From an uncultured Candidatus Binatia bacterium (lineage in GTDB: Bacteria > Desulfobacterota > Binatia > UBA9968 > JAJDTQ01), in NCBI GenBank assembly GCA_965215605.1, contig OZ244070.1:1696001-1760000 (forward strand): a DNA stretch of 64,000 nt, given 5' to 3'. Position 1 is the first letter of the stretch. Each line of letters starts with the position of its first letter. Shown here one piece after another: positions 55,171 to 64,000 of this stretch. Under the pieces are notes generated by a model. It was not told the origin of the DNA. It did not search any database and saw only the letters and a list, made by a program, of their open reading frames with translations. The position numbers and the translations under genes were made by a program.

Positions 55171-57045
55171 TTGCCGGATCGCAAGAATACACAGGACTCG
55201 ACAGGCCCACCAGCCTACCCAGATTCGGGTAGCGAGGGCAGCACGGTTCCACGGACGTCCTCGCCGTCTTCTGCCCAAGACCGCTCCGAATACGATACCG
55301 CGGAATACCCGGAATTCGAAGTTCACGACGTGGTGGCTGGCTACGATAGCGCCGCAACCGCTCTCGTGCCGGAGTACGAGCGGGTCTCGTTCGAAAACGT
55401 ACACGCCCTCGTACTCAAGTGGCTGCCACAGTCGCCCGCTTGGGTGCTCGACGTGGGTGCGGGTAGCGGGCGGGACGCCGCGTGGTTCGCACGAAATGGA
55501 CACCACGTCGTCGCGGTCGAACCGTCACGGGGACTACGTGCCGTTGGGAACGCCCACCACGGATCAGCATCGATCAAGTGGATGAATGATGAGCTCCCGG
55601 CGCTATCCAAGGTGGTACGCTCGAAGCTCACGTTTGACTTGGTCTGGTTGAGCGCGGTGTGGACGCACGTACCGCCGAACAGCCGCCGTCGGGCTTTTCG
55701 CAAGCTGGTCTCCCTGATGAGTCCTGGCGGCAGCATGATGTTGAGCCTGCGTCATGGACCTTCCCCTCGGGACCGTCCCATGCACTCCGCAAGACCTGGT
55801 GAGATCGAAAAGCTGGCCCAGGAACACGGCCTACAGATCGTTGGCATCCAGCACCAACAAGACGCAAGCAAACGGCCCGGTATCACGTGGGATGTCATCT
55901 GGCTCCGGCTCCCCGACGACGGCACCGGAGCGCTTCCGCTGCTCCGCCACATTGTGTTCAAGGACCAGAAGTCCTCCACCTACAAGCTCGCCTTGCTGAG
56001 AGTGCTGCTTCGTATCGCCGACGGCACGGGGGGGCTCGTTCGCCAGGAGGGCGAACACCACGTAGACCTTCCGCTTGGCCTCGTCGCGCTCTTCTGGGTA
56101 CGCGCATACCGGCAACTGGTGGCGGAAGGATTCCCCCAACACCCCAAGGGCAACAGCCACCTCAGTTTTGCGAAAGAGGCCTTCCGTGACCTGGGAACCC
56201 GATCGCCCTACGACCTCCGCATAGGACAGCAGTTCACCGGCGACGACGCCGAAAACCTGGTGGTGGCAATCCGTGATGCCGTGGACTGCATTCGGAAAAT
56301 GCCGGCCACGTACATTACCTATCCAAGAAGTGACAAACCCGTGTTCCCAACCGAGCGGAGGGGCCCGGTAAGACTCCGCGACAGCCTGCGGCTCGACGAG
56401 TCATTCCTCTATTCCTTCGGAACATTGTCCGTCCCCCTCAACCTGTGGCAGGCAATGTCCCGATATGCTCCGTGGATAGAACCCGCCATACTGAACGAGT
56501 GGATCCATCTCATGCGCGGTTATGAAGGGACGCGGACCGAGGAAGCGGCAACCCCTTGGGACAAGTATATCAGCGCCTTACGCTGGCTGGTGCCGGACCA
56601 TGACACGAGTTTCGTCCGGCAACTGGCGGATAACATGCGCAAGGGCGATTCCGGGCTGTTCTGCGTATGGACCGGGCGCCGGTTGGCTCATGCTTTCGAT
56701 ATAGACCACTGTTTCCCCTTCGCTGCATGGCCGTGCAACGATCTTTGGAACCTGCTTCCGAGCTATCCAGCCACAAACCGGCGCAAGGGTGATCAGCTTC
56801 CAACGCGACACGCCCTCGAAGAAGCCGAACCACGCATACTCGACTGGTGGGACAAGGCCTATTGGCAAGCTGCCGCCACAAACCGGCGGTTCATCGAGGA
56901 GTGCCGGAGCGCTCTCCCGCTGGCTGTGTCCGACGGTGTCAACGTTACACTCGAGTCAATATTCGAAGGCCTGACGTTCCAACAGATGGTGCTAAAACGA
57001 GATCAGCAGCTCTCGGAGTGGCAGCCAAATCCAGCGGGACGGTAA
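55171..57045 (+). CDS. Class I SAM-dependent methyltransferase fused to a C-terminal HNH nuclease domain
   Basis: VLDVGAGSGRD, FDLVWLSAVWTH, linker KSSTYKLALL and C-terminal CVWTG..DIDHCFP..NDLWNL..N..K. True start may lie downstream (about 55329). Confidence 0.8.
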   Translation: MPDRKNTQDSTGPPAYPDSGSEGSTVPRTSSPSSAQDRSEYDTAEYPEFEVHDVVAGYDSAATALVPEYERVSFENVHALVLKWLPQSPAWVLDVGAGSGRDAAWFARNGHHVVAVEPSRGLRAVGNAHHGSASIKWMNDELPALSKVVRSKLTFDLVWLSAVWTHVPPNSRRRAFRKLVSLMSPGGSMMLSLRHGPSPRDRPMHSARPGEIEKLAQEHGLQIVGIQHQQDASKRPGITWDVIWLRLPDDGTGALPLLRHIVFKDQKSSTYKLALLRVLLRIADGTGGLVRQEGEHHVDLPLGLVALFWVRAYRQLVAEGFPQHPKGNSHLSFAKEAFRDLGTRSPYDLRIGQQFTGDDAENLVVAIRDAVDCIRKMPATYITYPRSDKPVFPTERRGPVRLRDSLRLDESFLYSFGTLSVPLNLWQAMSRYAPWIEPAILNEWIHLMRGYEGTRTEEAATPWDKYISALRWLVPDHDTSFVRQLADNMRKGDSGLFCVWTGRRLAHAFDIDHCFPFAAWPCNDLWNLLPSYPATNRRKGDQLPTRHALEEAEPRILDWWDKAYWQAAATNRRFIEECRSALPLAVSDGVNVTLESIFEGLTFQQMVLKRDQQLSEWQPNPAGR

Positions 57046-57088
57046 CTGCCAGTGCGAAAGAAATCGCGGAAGCCGCACGGCTCGTGAT

Positions 57089-57232
57089 TCAAACACGGGA
57101 GTGACCGTCAAGCGCGGCAAGCATTTTCTTCAGCCGATCCACCGTGAATCGCTCAAGGTCGGCATTGCGGACATTCGAGACATCCACAGCGGGATACCCC
57201 GTAATCTCGTCGGCCTCGCGTGTTGCCGCGTA
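57089..57232 (-). pseudogene. Remnant of an XRE-family HTH (antitoxin-like) gene
   Basis: TGYPAVDVSNVRNADLERFTVDRLKKMLAALD resembles the C-terminal half of XRE HTH proteins; no recognisable N-terminus. Confidence 0.5.
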
Positions 57233-57364
57233 GGGCATCTTCGGAGCAGAAGGAGAAGGTGGGTTCATCGTCCTCATATTAATACCGGACATTCTCATAT
57301 TTCAGGGAAAGGTGATCCATCACCTACCACGTGCCCCACGGATCGTATCGGTCTTGGTACCACA

Positions 57365-58540
57365 TCACACCCCCCTCAACACCTCCGCCATCTCCCTTAC
57401 CCCGATCACCTCCACCTCCCGCGACAACGGATAGCGCTCCGTCCCCGCGTACACCACGAACGCCTTCTCGGGCCGCACGTCTTCCAGCGCGTGATGGAAT
57501 CCGCGGGTGGGGCGCGGGGCAAGGCTGTGCTTGATCTCGATGGCCCAGGCGGCGGCGCGGCCGGGGAGCTCCAGGACCAGGTCGATCTCGGCGCCGGCGG
57601 CGGTGCGGTAGAAGCTGGCGAGGGTCCGCCAGGGTGCCGCGGCGAGGAGGTTCTCGATCACGAAACCCTCCCAACTCGCGCCCATTACCGGGTGACCGGT
57701 GAGGTTGAGCTCGTCCTGAATGCCGAGGAGCCCGTGCACGAGGCCGCTGTCCCTGACGTAGACCTTGGGCGACTTCACCAGCCGCTTGCGCGTGTTGGCG
57801 ACGAAGGGCGGCAAACGCCGGACCAGCAGGAGATCGGTCATTAGATCGACATACCGGGTCACCATGGGCGCGCTGATGGACAGGCTGGCGGCCAGCGCCG
57901 AGGCGTTCAGCAAGGACCCCTGGGCGTGAGCGAGCATCCGCCACAGCCTTTCCAGCGTGGCGGCGGGGACAGGGTGCGGCGAGAACTGGGGCATGTCCCG
58001 CTCCAGGTAGGTGGCGATGAAGTTCAGCCGGTATGCGAGGCTGTCAGCGTCGTTGCCGGCCAGGAAGCTCTCGGGGAAACCGCCGCGTACCCACAGTCTC
58101 CTGAGGGCCTCGTCGTCGGGCGCTGCTTCGAGAACGTCGAAGGGATGGAGCGCCACGTATTCGATGCGCCCCGCCAGGCTCTCGCTCGACTGCCGCAGCA
58201 GGTCCATGGATGCGGAGCCCAGGATCAGAAACCGGCCCGTGCGCCTGCCCGCCCGGCGGCCTTCGTCGATGAGGCCGCGCAACTCGCGAAACAACTCCGG
58301 GGCGCGATGGACCTCATCGATAATCACCAGACGGTCGGCGTACCGCTCAAGGAAGAGCCAGGGCTCGGCCAGCCTCTCCCGGTCCGTGCTTTTCTCAAGG
58401 TCGAGGTATACGTTATTGTCGACGTCGGCGATTTGCCGCGCCAGCGTGGTCTTGCCCACTTGACGCGGGCCGATGAGTGCCACCGCGGCCTGACGACCCA
58501 GAGCGACGCAGACGTATTTGGCTGCGCGACGCGTGATCAT
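57365..58540 (-). CDS. AAA+ (AAA_14)/DUF4143 ATPase with C-terminal PD-(D/E)xK-like domain
   Basis: GPRQVGKTT, IDEVH, SESLAGR, GGFP, RDSGL and EIDL..AIEIK. Confidence 0.9.
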   Translation of the reverse strand: MITRRAAKYVCVALGRQAAVALIGPRQVGKTTLARQIADVDNNVYLDLEKSTDRERLAEPWLFLERYADRLVIIDEVHRAPELFRELRGLIDEGRRAGRRTGRFLILGSASMDLLRQSSESLAGRIEYVALHPFDVLEAAPDDEALRRLWVRGGFPESFLAGNDADSLAYRLNFIATYLERDMPQFSPHPVPAATLERLWRMLAHAQGSLLNASALAASLSISAPMVTRYVDLMTDLLLVRRLPPFVANTRKRLVKSPKVYVRDSGLVHGLLGIQDELNLTGHPVMGASWEGFVIENLLAAAPWRTLASFYRTAAGAEIDLVLELPGRAAAWAIEIKHSLAPRPTRGFHHALEDVRPEKAFVVYAGTERYPLSREVEVIGVREMAEVLRGV

Positions 58541-58576
58541 TCTTGCAAATTAAAATGATTTGTTTGGATTTACAAG
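58541..58576 (-). promoter_or_regulatory. Palindromic operator / leaderless promoter candidate
   Basis: Minus strand CTTGTAAATCCAAACAAATCATTTTAATTTGCAAGA-ATG; TTGTAA-N17-TAATTT. Confidence 0.65.
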
Positions 58577-58619
58577 GATATAAGCAAACATCTACTCTGC
58601 AGTTGATGGTGCCAATTGG

Positions 58620-59003
58620 ATGTCTCCCCCTTGGATAGAAGCTCTGCGGCGTATTGCCGCCACGTTCGCCTCGAAAGGCCGCAACGTTCGCGGGACCGTA
58701 GACGACGACACCCCACCGGACGAAGACACCGTCGTCCTCCCCATCGAGGACCACATCGACCTCCACCCGTTCGCGCCCAGGGACATTCCGAGCGTGGTGG
58801 AAGAGTACGTGTGGCAGTGCCACGAGGAGGGGCTCCGGGAGGTGCGCATCATTCACGGGCGCGGCAAGGGGGTGCAGCGCCGCATCGTGCAGTCGGCGCT
58901 GGATAAGAACCCGCTGGTGGAGTCGTGCCACGATGCGCCGCCGGAGAGGGGCGGATGGGGCGCCACGGTGGCGGTGATTCGCGAAAAGGAGCGCGGAGAG
59001 TAG
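58620..59003 (+). CDS. Stand-alone Smr/MutS2 C-terminal domain protein
   Basis: IDLH, VRIIHGRGKGV and GGWGAT. Start uncertain. Confidence 0.82.
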   Translation: MSPPWIEALRRIAATFASKGRNVRGTVDDDTPPDEDTVVLPIEDHIDLHPFAPRDIPSVVEEYVWQCHEEGLREVRIIHGRGKGVQRRIVQSALDKNPLVESCHDAPPERGGWGATVAVIREKERGE

Positions 59004-59036
59004 ATGAACCGCGGGGCTCTTTCCGGCCGGAGCCCT

Positions 59037-60200
59037 TCACGCCACGATCGTGTCCGTCCAGAGTCGTTCGAGGAACCGTTTCCAGGGCAGTATCCAGATG
59101 CCCTCGCTGGTGCGACGGACGGCGTCTTCGTTGCACACGATTACGGCTTGGGCCGGATGATGTTCCTCCATGTAGGCACGCATGGCCCTGAGTTCTCCGG
59201 GCCGGACGCGGGAGCTTCCCTTGACCTCGATGGCCACCTCGCCCGCGGGGCCGAGTACAAAATCGCACTCCAGGCCCGACTTGGTGCGCCAGAAGCGCAC
59301 CGGGAAATCGTATTCGCGGTAGGAGCGATAGGCGAGCAGTTCCATCAGGACCAAGTGCTCCAGGGCACGCCCGAAGTCGGCGCCCTGCTCGCGTTCGAGC
59401 CGGCGTCCGGTCACATGGCCCGCCACGCCGACGTCGAAGAGATAGAATTTCGGGGCGCGCGTGATGACCGTGCGTGAGCGGCGCCGGCTGAACGGCTCGA
59501 CCAACACACCCAGCAGCGTATCCACGAGTATCTGAAAATACTCGCGCACCGTCTTGGAGTCGACGCCGCAGTCCCTGGCAACGTTGCTGTAGTTCAGAAG
59601 TTCTCCATGGCAGAACGACAGGGCTTCGAAAAACCTCGAGAAACCGGCCACGTTACGCGTCAGCCCTTCGTCGAACACCTCCTCCTTCAGATAGTCGTCC
59701 ACATAGCCCGCGAGCGCCCGCCGGTATCCCGCCGCGTCGTAGTGCTGCGGGACCAGCCCCCGGTTGAGCGCCCTCAGGAGATCGAATTCCGGCACTTCCG
59801 GCCAGGTGAGCGGATGAAGTTCGAAACGCCAGGCGCGGCCGCCCAGCAGATTGGCCCGGCCGCGTTTCAGCTTCCTGGCACTGGAACCGCACAAGACGAA
59901 GCTCAACCCTTCGTTCTCAATCAGTCGATGAACCTCGTCCAGAACCGCGGGCGCCTTCTGCACCTCGTCGACGATGATGGGGTCGGCCCGCGTCGCTCGA
60001 TCGAATGCCGCCACGCGCTCGGACAACGCCCAGGGCGCCCGCGTGAGTTCCAGCAGAAGCCGGGTATCGAGCAGGTCGAACCGGGCCGCGTTGGGGAAGG
60101 TCTCGCGAAGCAAGGTTGACTTGCCGGTCTTGCGCGGGCCCCACAAAAAGGCGGACTGACCCCGCGGCAGGTCAAGGCGGAGGGTGCGGCGGTAGTGCAT
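59037..60200 (-). CDS. AAA+ (AAA_14)/DUF4143 ATPase with C-terminal PD-(D/E)xK-like domain
   Basis: GPRKTGKST, VDEVQK, GSSARKLKR, PKFYLFDVG and ECDF..AIEVK. Confidence 0.9.
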   Translation of the reverse strand: MHYRRTLRLDLPRGQSAFLWGPRKTGKSTLLRETFPNAARFDLLDTRLLLELTRAPWALSERVAAFDRATRADPIIVDEVQKAPAVLDEVHRLIENEGLSFVLCGSSARKLKRGRANLLGGRAWRFELHPLTWPEVPEFDLLRALNRGLVPQHYDAAGYRRALAGYVDDYLKEEVFDEGLTRNVAGFSRFFEALSFCHGELLNYSNVARDCGVDSKTVREYFQILVDTLLGVLVEPFSRRRSRTVITRAPKFYLFDVGVAGHVTGRRLEREQGADFGRALEHLVLMELLAYRSYREYDFPVRFWRTKSGLECDFVLGPAGEVAIEVKGSSRVRPGELRAMRAYMEEHHPAQAVIVCNEDAVRRTSEGIWILPWKRFLERLWTDTIVA

Positions 60201-60202
60201 AT

Positions 60203-60253
60203 TTTCGGATCGCACTCCGAAATGGTCGGACTATTTCGGAATATACTCCGAAG
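60203..60253. promoter_or_regulatory. Two tandem palindromic boxes TTTCGGA-N6-TCCGAA(A/G)
   Basis: Boxes at 60203-60222 and 60234-60253 (31-bp period), starting 3 nt from the ATG at 60200. Confidence 0.7.
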
Positions 60254-60306
60254 TGGCACACTTTGACAAGGCGTTGGCGGAAGGCCGCGTGGGCGGGAAT
60301 GACGGT

Positions 60307-62739
60307 TTAGCCGCTCCCCTCCGCCTCCCTCACCAGCGCCCTGATCCGGTCCGGGCTCAGCGGCAGCTCCTTGATCTGTATCCCCAGCGAGGACAGCGCG
60401 TGGGACACCGCATTGGCGAGGGCGGCGCCGCAGGCGACGATGCCGCCTTCGCCGGCGCCCTTGACGCCCAGGGGGTTCAGGGGCGAGGGGGAGTACTCGG
60501 TGATGATGCTCTCCACGGGCGGGATCTCCGTGGCGGACGGAAGCGGGTAGTCGAGCAGGGTGGTGGTGAGTAGCTGGCCGTCCTGGTTGTAGACGAGCTC
60601 CTCCAGGAGCGTGCCGCCGATGCCCTGGGCGGCGGCGCCCAAGGCCTGGCCGTGCACCAGCAGCGGGTTGACGGCGCGGCCCACGTCCTCCAGCACGAGG
60701 TAGCGCAGAATGTCCACCATGCCGGTCTCGGGGTCCACGGTGACGTGGACCAGGTGGCCGCCGTAGGTGTAGGTGAGCAGGTTGTTGTGGAAGTACTCGG
60801 TGGCCTCGAGGCCCGGTACGTCGCCCGGGGCCTTGCCCGGCTTGGTCATCTCCAGCAGGTCTCCGAGGCCCAGCAGCGGGCGCCCTGCATCCGAGGAATC
60901 ACCCTCCGGATTCCCGCCCCCGATCGGGGCCGAGGGCATGCTTTCGCGGGAATGACGGGGGGCGCCGGAATGATCGGGCGTGCCGACCGGCGGCTCGCCG
61001 GCGCTTGCAGCGTAAATTCCTCCGTCGCGGAACTCCAACCCGGCGGGGTCGGTCTCCAGGCGTCGCGAGGCTACCTCCAGCAGGCGCTTCCTGAGGGCCT
61101 GGGCGGTGAGGTGCACGGCGTTGCCGGCCATGACGGTGCCGCGGCTGGAGTAGGTGCCGCCGCCCCAGGGCATGAGGTCGGTGCTGCCGTGGAACACGGT
61201 GATCCACTCCATGGGCACGCCCAAGGCGTCGGCGCAGATCTGCGACATGATGGTCTCGTGCCCCTGTCCCAGGGTGGCGATGCCCAGGTAGACGGCCACG
61301 CTCTCCGGGCCCGTGATGGCCACGCGGGCGCCCTCGGACGGACCCAAGCCGGTGTTCTTCACGAACCAGCCGATGCCGATGCCGTGGTAGCGTCCGTCCC
61401 GCTTCTGCCCCTGGAGCGGCTGCAGCTCGTTCCAGCCGAAGCGTTCCAGGGCGTGCTCCAACGCCCGCGGATAGTCGCCGCTGTCGAACACGGTGGAGGC
61501 GATGCCGGGCCGGGTGGGGCCGAGCTCGTACGGAATCTCCTCGGGCCGGATGAGGTTCTTGCGGCGCAGGTCGATGGGGTCCATGCCCAGGTCCCCGGCC
61601 ACCATGTCGAGCATGCGCTCGCGGAAGTAGCAGGACTCGTAGCGCCCGGGTGCGCGGTAGGTCCCCACCCCCATCTTGTTGGTCATGACGCAGTGTATGT
61701 GGGCCTCGTAGGCCGGGATCCGGTAGGGTCCGGGCAGCACGCCGGCGGTGGAGGCCGGCACCAGCCCGCCGTGGGTGCGGATGTGTGCGCCCATGTCGCC
61801 GTGGATCTGCGCGCGCATGCCCAGGAGCGTGCCGTCCCGGAGGGCGGCGATCTCCAACTCGCAGTGGACTTCCCGCGAGTGGTTGGCGGCCATCAGGTGC
61901 TCGCGCCTGTCCTCGATCCACTTGACCGGCCGCCCGAGCTTCATGGCGGCGTAGGGGACCAGGTAGTCCTCCGGGTAGAACTCGCCGCGGATGCCGAAGC
62001 CGCCGCCCACGTCGGGCTCCATGAAGTGGATTCGGTGCTCGGGCAGCTCCAGCAGCGACGACAGCACCGCGCGGTTGAAATGCGGCACCTTCGTCATCCC
62101 CCACACCGTCACCTCGTTCCGGCCGGCGTCCCAGGACGCCACCAGGCCGCGGGTCTCCATGGGGTTGCCGGTGTGGCGGTGCACCCGCAGCACCTCCTTG
62201 CGGGTGTACTCGGCGTCGCGGAACGCGCGGTCCACATCGCCCAGCTTGATATCATGGCCGCCGGCCACGTTGGTTCCCTGCTCCTCGTGGATGATCACGT
62301 CGCCGCGCAGCGCCGCCTCGACGTCCGGCACCGCCGCCAGCGGCTCATACTCCACCTGGATCAGGTCGGCGCCGTCCTCCGCCACGTATCGGTCCGCCGC
62401 CACCACCAGCGCCACCGGCTCGCCCACGTAGGCCACCTTGCCCCGGGCCAGCGGGTACTGCAGGAACCGGTCCAGACCATCCAACGGGTACATACGGAGC
62501 GGGATAGGCTTGACGCCCGCCGGCAAATCCGCAAAGGTGAGCACGCCGGCGACCCCGGTGAGCTTCAGGGCATCCGACACGTCCACCGACTCGATGCGCG
62601 CGTGCGCGTGGGGGCTCCTCAGAACGGCCGCGTACAACATCCCGGGCAGCTTCACGTCGTCGATGAACGTGGCCTTGCCGGTCAGGAAACGGATGTCTTC
62701 ACCGCGCCGGATGGGCGCCCCGATGTAAGTCTGCGTCAT
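60307..62739 (-). CDS. Xanthine dehydrogenase / CoxL-like molybdopterin-binding large subunit
   Basis: LRSPHAHA, DVGGGFG, WIEDR.E, YRAPGR, GQGH.T and KGAGE. Confidence 0.9.
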   Translation of the reverse strand: MTQTYIGAPIRRGEDIRFLTGKATFIDDVKLPGMLYAAVLRSPHAHARIESVDVSDALKLTGVAGVLTFADLPAGVKPIPLRMYPLDGLDRFLQYPLARGKVAYVGEPVALVVAADRYVAEDGADLIQVEYEPLAAVPDVEAALRGDVIIHEEQGTNVAGGHDIKLGDVDRAFRDAEYTRKEVLRVHRHTGNPMETRGLVASWDAGRNEVTVWGMTKVPHFNRAVLSSLLELPEHRIHFMEPDVGGGFGIRGEFYPEDYLVPYAAMKLGRPVKWIEDRREHLMAANHSREVHCELEIAALRDGTLLGMRAQIHGDMGAHIRTHGGLVPASTAGVLPGPYRIPAYEAHIHCVMTNKMGVGTYRAPGRYESCYFRERMLDMVAGDLGMDPIDLRRKNLIRPEEIPYELGPTRPGIASTVFDSGDYPRALEHALERFGWNELQPLQGQKRDGRYHGIGIGWFVKNTGLGPSEGARVAITGPESVAVYLGIATLGQGHETIMSQICADALGVPMEWITVFHGSTDLMPWGGGTYSSRGTVMAGNAVHLTAQALRKRLLEVASRRLETDPAGLEFRDGGIYAASAGEPPVGTPDHSGAPRHSRESMPSAPIGGGNPEGDSSDAGRPLLGLGDLLEMTKPGKAPGDVPGLEATEYFHNNLLTYTYGGHLVHVTVDPETGMVDILRYLVLEDVGRAVNPLLVHGQALGAAAQGIGGTLLEELVYNQDGQLLTTTLLDYPLPSATEIPPVESIITEYSPSPLNPLGVKGAGEGGIVACGAALANAVSHALSSLGIQIKELPLSPDRIRALVREAEGSG
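60908..60956. repeat. REP-like family A long form inside a coding sequence
   Basis: GGATTCCCGC-ccccgatcggggccgagggcatgc-TTTCGCGGGAATGAC; two differences from the 10103 copy. Confidence 0.88.
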
Positions 62740-62894
62740 GTCCTGCTCCCCGGGCGGCTTCTCACGCCTCCCAACGACTGGAACCTACACGTGCCTGGAT
62801 ACACCATGAGCGTGCCCCCTCACAAACACGATGACCGATCTCCGAACCCATCCTGCCGCCGACACCCTCGCCTCGTTGGGCGGACCACCACGCC

Positions 62895-64000
62895 ATGCAC
62901 TTGGTGAAACGACTCGCGCGCCCGGAGACCCTGCTGGTGCTGCTGTGGGCCGTCCAGGTGGCGCGGATGGCATGGCCGGGAGCCGCCGCCGACCACGTGG
63001 GCGCGGCGATCGCGGTAGCGTTCATCCTGCGGGTGTTCGCCTCCCTGCGCCGGCCGACCATCATCCTGTGCGCGAGCCTCGCCGCGCTGGCGGCGGTGCT
63101 GATCTCCATTTACGGCGGGCCCGCCGCCGTGCTGGTGGGATTCAAGGCGGCGCCCATGTTCGTGGGCTTCTTCGGCACCATCGTGCTGATGCGCGCCACC
63201 GCCGACCAACTCCAGCAGATCACCAACGCCCGAGCCTTGTTCGCGCGCCTCCGGCCCGACCATCGCCTGGGCGGCTACTTGGTGGGCAGCCACCTGATGG
63301 CGGTGGTGCTGGGACCCGGCGCCTACGCCATCACCGCTCCCATCATCGGCGAGAGCAAGGACGAGGAGGAATACCTCGCCGCCATCCGGGCCTGCCATCG
63401 CGGCGGCAGCGTCGGAGGCCTGTGGTCCCCGTTCTGGATCGCCATGGCGCTTTCCACGCAGTACGTGCCGGGGGTGCCCTTGTGGCACATCATGGCGCTG
63501 GGCATTCCCATGGCCATCTGCACGCTGACGGCCGCCCACGTGCTCTACTCCCGGGAGCCCGGCATCGCCCTTCTGTGGCGGGCGCTTCTGAGCCTCCGGC
63601 CCATCATCCCGCCGGTGGCGATTTGCGTCCTGCTGGTGGCGGTGCTGTCCGGCGTCACCGTGCTGTCCGCCCTGGAAGCACTGATTGTGAGCGTCCCGGC
63701 GCTTTGCCTGCTGGCGCTCGTGCCCAAGGGCGGACGTGGCATCCGGACGGCGCTGGTCGACACCTACCGCGGCGCCGCCTTCATCGGCAACGAGATCACG
63801 ATCCTCACCGTCTCGCTGGCGCTGGGCGGCGTGATCCGGCACGTCTTCGGGCAGACCGGGGTCACGGAATGGATCGGCGGGCTCGGGCTTCCCGGCATGG
63901 CGGTCATCGCCATCATCATCGGCGCCGTGAGCCTCGGCGCCTTGGTCGGCCTGCACCAGATCGTGTCGGTCACCTTCCTGCTGACGGTTTTCTCGGACCT
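62895..64000 (+). CDS. Polytopic membrane protein, probable secondary transporter (3'-truncated by the window edge)
   Basis: Open frame from ATG 62895 (MHLVKRLARPETLLVLL...) with many hydrophobic segments and an RGG...LWSPFW motif. Missing from the ORF track because it has no stop in the window. Confidence 0.7.
   Translation, partial: MHLVKRLARPETLLVLLWAVQVARMAWPGAAADHVGAAIAVAFILRVFASLRRPTIILCASLAALAAVLISIYGGPAAVLVGFKAAPMFVGFFGTIVLMRATADQLQQITNARALFARLRPDHRLGGYLVGSHLMAVVLGPGAYAITAPIIGESKDEEEYLAAIRACHRGGSVGGLWSPFWIAMALSTQYVPGVPLWHIMALGIPMAICTLTAAHVLYSREPGIALLWRALLSLRPIIPPVAICVLLVAVLSGVTVLSALEALIVSVPALCLLALVPKGGRGIRTALVDTYRGAAFIGNEITILTVSLALGGVIRHVFGQTGVTEWIGGLGLPGMAVIAIIIGAVSLGALVGLHQIVSVTFLLTVFSD

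Noticed and set aside
60307-62739. Aerobic CO dehydrogenase call
   Set aside because: The form I motif AYxCSFR is absent and there are no coxM/coxS neighbours.

Overview
GC-rich bacterial chromosomal segment. The gene content (recO-glyQS-ppdK, pilB-pilC-pilin, aromatic-catabolism enzymes) suggests a deltaproteobacterium-like organism; this taxonomy is inference. Most of the window is housekeeping: gdh, cysD/cysNC, rubrerythrin-DUF3501-Fur/PerR, alr-purH-purD-purE, type IV pilus genes, grpE-dnaK-dnaJ-lon-thiL-larB-archease-HD, and a Zn/Mn uptake operon with a divergent Fur-family regulator. Several catabolic enzymes are also present. There are two accessory zones. The first is a toxin-antitoxin locus at 1-1142 with an apparently chimeric antitoxin. 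The second, at about 52.2-60.3 kb, holds a DUF4258/YgiT pair, three AAA+/DUF4143 ATPase-nuclease paralogues, a SAM-methyltransferase-HNH fusion, a beta-carbonic anhydrase, an Smr protein and an XRE remnant. The most notable signals are: (i) each of the three ATPase paralogues has a palindromic operator-like element abutting its start codon; (ii) three families of short palindromic REP-like repeats occur, one inserted in frame in a molybdoenzyme gene and another supplying stop codons; (iii) a 71-bp repeat-bounded frameshift in one ATPase could be reversible. No tRNA, rRNA, transposase, integrase or CRISPR array was recognised. All family assignments come from motif recognition by eye, not database searches.
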